27,936 bases of DNA from Lentisphaerota bacterium (GTDB lineage Bacteria > Verrucomicrobiota > Kiritimatiellia > RFP12 > UBA3636), in contig JAAZAI010000037.1 in assembly GCA_012514445.1 (NCBI GenBank), positions 1 through 27,936 on the forward strand, given 5' to 3'. The first letter of the stretch is position 1. Every line of letters starts with the position of its first letter. A program made the position numbers and the translations under genes. Positions 25,253 to 27,936 of this stretch are shown here, one piece after another. A model generated the notes under the pieces. The model made no database searches. It worked only from the letters and a program-made list of their open reading frames with translations, and was not told the origin of the DNA.

Positions 25253-25966
25253 TCACGCGAGGAGGGCGAGCGTCAGGTTCGCGGCGTTGAACGTCGCATG
25301 GGCGGCGATGCACACGAGCAGCGAACCGCTCCGGATGCGGACGATCGCCAGGACGGCGCCGAAGACGACGAGCGCGGGCACCACCGGCGCATGGAGGTGG
25401 AGCAGGCCGAAGTAGAGCGAGCTCAGCGCCACGGCGGCTGCCGCGCCGCGGCGGCGGCGCAGGGCCCCGAGCAGGATGTCGCGATAGAGGATCTCCTCGG
25501 CGGCGGGCGTCAGCGCGATGCTGATGAGGCCGGCGGCGATGGCGGCGGCCTTGCTCGTGCCCGGCAGCCGGAGCGATTCGATGACGGGCTGCGCTTCCGG
25601 CGGCAGGCCGGTGGCCCATTGCAGAAGCATCCCCGTCAGGTAGGCGAGGCCGAGCGTCGCGGGCAGCGACGCCAGCCCGATGCAAAGGCCGCGGACGACG
25701 TCGCGCAGCGGATCGCCCGATCCGAGCAGCGCACGGAGCGACGCCCGCGTCTCGACTTGTCGCCGGAAGAACAAGGCGGCGGCGAACGCGGGCATGATCA
25801 GCATGGCGACGGCGTGCGCCGCCGTGATGGGCTGGGGAGTCGCCGGCGCCGAGCCGAGAAGCCCCGAGACGACGCCTCCGGAGACGCAGAGCAGGCCGAA
25901 GGCCAGGACCATCAGCGCGTCGGCGTCCGTCCCGCGCGACGGCTCCAAGGCGGCGCGCGGGCTCAT
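25253..25966 (-). CDS. CPBP (Abi/Rce1-like) intramembrane glutamic endopeptidase
   Basis: AEEILYRD, YFGLLH, AHATFN motifs, multipass. ATGA overlap with the upstream gene. Confidence 0.88.
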   Translation of the reverse strand: MSPRAALEPSRGTDADALMVLAFGLLCVSGGVVSGLLGSAPATPQPITAAHAVAMLIMPAFAAALFFRRQVETRASLRALLGSGDPLRDVVRGLCIGLASLPATLGLAYLTGMLLQWATGLPPEAQPVIESLRLPGTSKAAAIAAGLISIALTPAAEEILYRDILLGALRRRRGAAAAVALSSLYFGLLHLHAPVVPALVVFGAVLAIVRIRSGSLLVCIAAHATFNAANLTLALLA

Positions 25967-27339
25967 TTCACGATCCGGATCGCCTTGATCTCCGGGACCG
26001 CCTCGCGGAGTTCGGGCCGCAACATGAAGACGATGTTGAGCGACCACAGGCGCCGGAGCATGTGGAGGGGCAGCAGCAGGAGCGTGCCAAACAGCGGCTG
26101 GATGATGAGCATCGCGATGGCGAGATAGGCCGTCAGGCCGAAGATGACGCCGACGCCCATGAGCAACGTCATCAGGACCGCGAAGACGCCGGCCAGCATC
26201 GCGAGATAGCGGATCAGCCAGAGTCCCGAGATGCGCAGGGCCGCGAACAAGGCCGCGACGAACTTTCGGTTTTCGAGCACGACGAGCGGCACCACGAAGT
26301 CGTGGACGTAGCCCATCAGCAGGGCGTCGCCCAGCCAGAAGAGCAGCGCGCAGCCGATGATTTGCGTCAGCAGTTCGATCGGAACCGCGACGTCGAGGGG
26401 CACGGCGGCCAGCGCGCGGATCGCGGCGACGACGAAGGCGAGCTGCGCCGCCTTGACGACGAGGCGGATGCAGAAGAGACCGCGAAAGAGCGTCCTCGCC
26501 GCCGCGTCGCCTTCGATCCACGTGGCGAACAGCGGACTGTCCGGCACGTAGAGGCGGGTGAAGAACATGACGAAGCCCCGCGCGCTGAACCAGACGCCGA
26601 TGGCGAAGACGAAGAAGAGCACCGCGCCGGCCGCCGCGAGTCCGCCGTAGTCCTGCGTGCTGCCGAACCACTTCAGCATCGCGATCGAGGATTCCCGCGC
26701 GGCGGTGCCGAAAAGGTTCAGCGCCTCGACGTTCGTAATTCTTTCGGGGCCTTCCGCCGTCATCGCGGCGAAGACGTCCTGGAGCTTGAAGACACCGGAT
26801 TCGGCGACCTCCTGGAGTCCGAGGCGTTCGATGCGCTGTTCGTCGCCGCCGCTTCGTCCGGACGGGGCGAGGAAGGCGAGGGGGTTCTGCCGGTAGAGCA
26901 GGGTGAACATGATGCAGAGCGCGAAGAGGAACCAGCGCCGGAAGGAGAACTCCGAGAAGAGGACCCGATGGGTTTCGCGCCAGCCCGTCGCGAGCGCCTC
27001 CAGGCATTTGACCGCGGGCCGGCCGCCATCGGGTTTCGCGGCGGTGACTCCGGGAACGGCGAAGGGCGATGCGATGGGGACGATTTCGATGGCGATGGGT
27101 TCGCGCGGTCGGTGGACGGCGGGCGTGTCGCCGGGCGGCGGCAGCGGGGGCGGGGAGGGCTCCGGCCTGGGGAAGAGCGACTCGAACGTCGAGGCTTTTC
27201 GCCATTCCGAACCCGAGCCCGAAGACCAGACAAAGTCCTCGGGGCCGAACTTCCCTCCCGCGGCGGATTCGCGCAGCTCGTCCCAGGTGAGCGGGCCGGT
27301 GGGGACGGCGTTGACGGAAAAATACCAGGCGACGCTCAT
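25963..27339 (-). CDS. GYF_2/DUF4339-domain multipass membrane protein
   Basis: WYFSV..GPLTWDEL..G..EDFVWSSG..W, Pro-rich linker, then several TM helices. ATGA overlap with cvpA. Confidence 0.78.
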   Translation of the reverse strand: MSVAWYFSVNAVPTGPLTWDELRESAAGGKFGPEDFVWSSGSGSEWRKASTFESLFPRPEPSPPPLPPPGDTPAVHRPREPIAIEIVPIASPFAVPGVTAAKPDGGRPAVKCLEALATGWRETHRVLFSEFSFRRWFLFALCIMFTLLYRQNPLAFLAPSGRSGGDEQRIERLGLQEVAESGVFKLQDVFAAMTAEGPERITNVEALNLFGTAARESSIAMLKWFGSTQDYGGLAAAGAVLFFVFAIGVWFSARGFVMFFTRLYVPDSPLFATWIEGDAAARTLFRGLFCIRLVVKAAQLAFVVAAIRALAAVPLDVAVPIELLTQIIGCALLFWLGDALLMGYVHDFVVPLVVLENRKFVAALFAALRISGLWLIRYLAMLAGVFAVLMTLLMGVGVIFGLTAYLAIAMLIIQPLFGTLLLLPLHMLRRLWSLNIVFMLRPELREAVPEIKAIRIVK

Positions 27340-27863
27340 TGTTCTGGGAAATCCAACTCGACGCGCGCGGCCATGCGCTCGCGATAATGCTCGATCAGCG
27401 GCTTGGTGCATCGACCGGTGATCGACCGTTCGAAAACGATCTCGTGGAGGCTCTCGCTCGGCACGGAATAGAGGAAGAACAGCCCCACGACGATCGCGAG
27501 GACGGTCGTCGCGATCGCCATCGCGGCGCCGACGATGGCGTCCGCGGGCTGGCCGACGAGGATGCGGATGAACTTCTTCGAGAGCCAGTGGACGAGCACG
27601 CCGGCGACGGCGGCCGCGGCGATCGCGCCGACCATGGCGAGAATACTCCAGGGGATCTCCTCGCCGTCGAAGACGTGCGTCTTGAGCAGGGGATAGAGCA
27701 GGCGCACGACGACCACGCCGGTGCCGAGGGCCAGCAGCCGGGCGCATTCGCCGGCCATGCCGCGCACCGAACCCGCGATGCAGAAGACGATGACCAGCAC
27801 GGCGGCGGCGATGTCGATGCACGCGGCCGCGTTGAGGTTGTCGAGCAAGGCGAGAGCGGTCAT
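27336..27863 (-). CDS. cvpA: CvpA family protein
   Basis: IDI..RGMAGE..DAIVGA..SIT pattern with four TM helices, SD GGAG. Confidence 0.72.
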   Translation of the reverse strand: MTALALLDNLNAAACIDIAAAVLVIVFCIAGSVRGMAGECARLLALGTGVVVVRLLYPLLKTHVFDGEEIPWSILAMVGAIAAAAVAGVLVHWLSKKFIRILVGQPADAIVGAAMAIATTVLAIVVGLFFLYSVPSESLHEIVFERSITGRCTKPLIEHYRERMAARVELDFPEQ

Positions 27864-27875
27864 GGATGTCGTCTC

Positions 27876-27935
27876 CTAGCGCCCCAGGCCGCGCGGGTCG
27901 TCCGGGAACACGGTCCGGAAGCGCGCCAGGGCGAG
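27876..27935 (-). CDS. 3' end of an unidentified upstream gene (partial)
   Basis: ...LALARFRTVFPDDPRGLGR* in host-like codons, stop adjacent to the cvpA SD. Confidence 0.5.
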   Translation of the reverse strand, partial: LALARFRTVFPDDPRGLGR

Positions 27936-27936
27936 A

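Noticed and set aside
1-27936. tRNA, tmRNA (despite smpB), rRNA, RNase P or SRP RNA
   Set aside because: No diagnostic conserved motifs were found in any intergenic gap by eye. tRNAscan-SE or Infernal would be decisive.

Overview
GC-rich bacterial chromosome segment (hand count 40/60 G+C at 241-300). PVC-type RpoZ next to smpB and many exported hydrolases suggest a Kiritimatiellota/Verrucomicrobiota-like organism (inference). 1-13.2 kb is housekeeping: on the minus strand rpsB, tsf, rplM, rpsI, a Pseudomonas-type RhlB DEAD-box helicase, pgi, a GT2 and GAF-ptsP; on the plus strand rpoZ, smpB and ribF. 11.9-22.5 kb holds a flippase, a stand-alone MurC/Mpl-like ligase, map, a lactonase, an M14 peptidase, a DUF1294 fusion behind a sigma54-like site, an FAD oxidoreductase, a CE4 deacetylase and a DUF4886-like lipoprotein. 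The most interesting part is an AT-richer patch at about 22.5-23.9 kb (43/120 G+C at 23161-23280). It carries two integron attC-like sites and cassette-type genes but no integrase in the window. In both sites the R' box has lost GTT exactly after the crossover G, while a box matching R'' lies upstream of each gene, consistent with single cassettes inserted at secondary chromosomal sites and now locked in. Next to it (23.85-24.28 kb) are duplicated 34/38-bp palindromes, a REP-like doublet and a structured leader. A mosaic of five different micro-repeats fills 13249-13438. The right end has a metallophosphoesterase lipoprotein and a coupled cvpA-GYF_2-CPBP operon. No tRNA, rRNA, CRISPR array, transposase or integrase was seen. 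All family assignments come from motif recognition by eye, not database searches.
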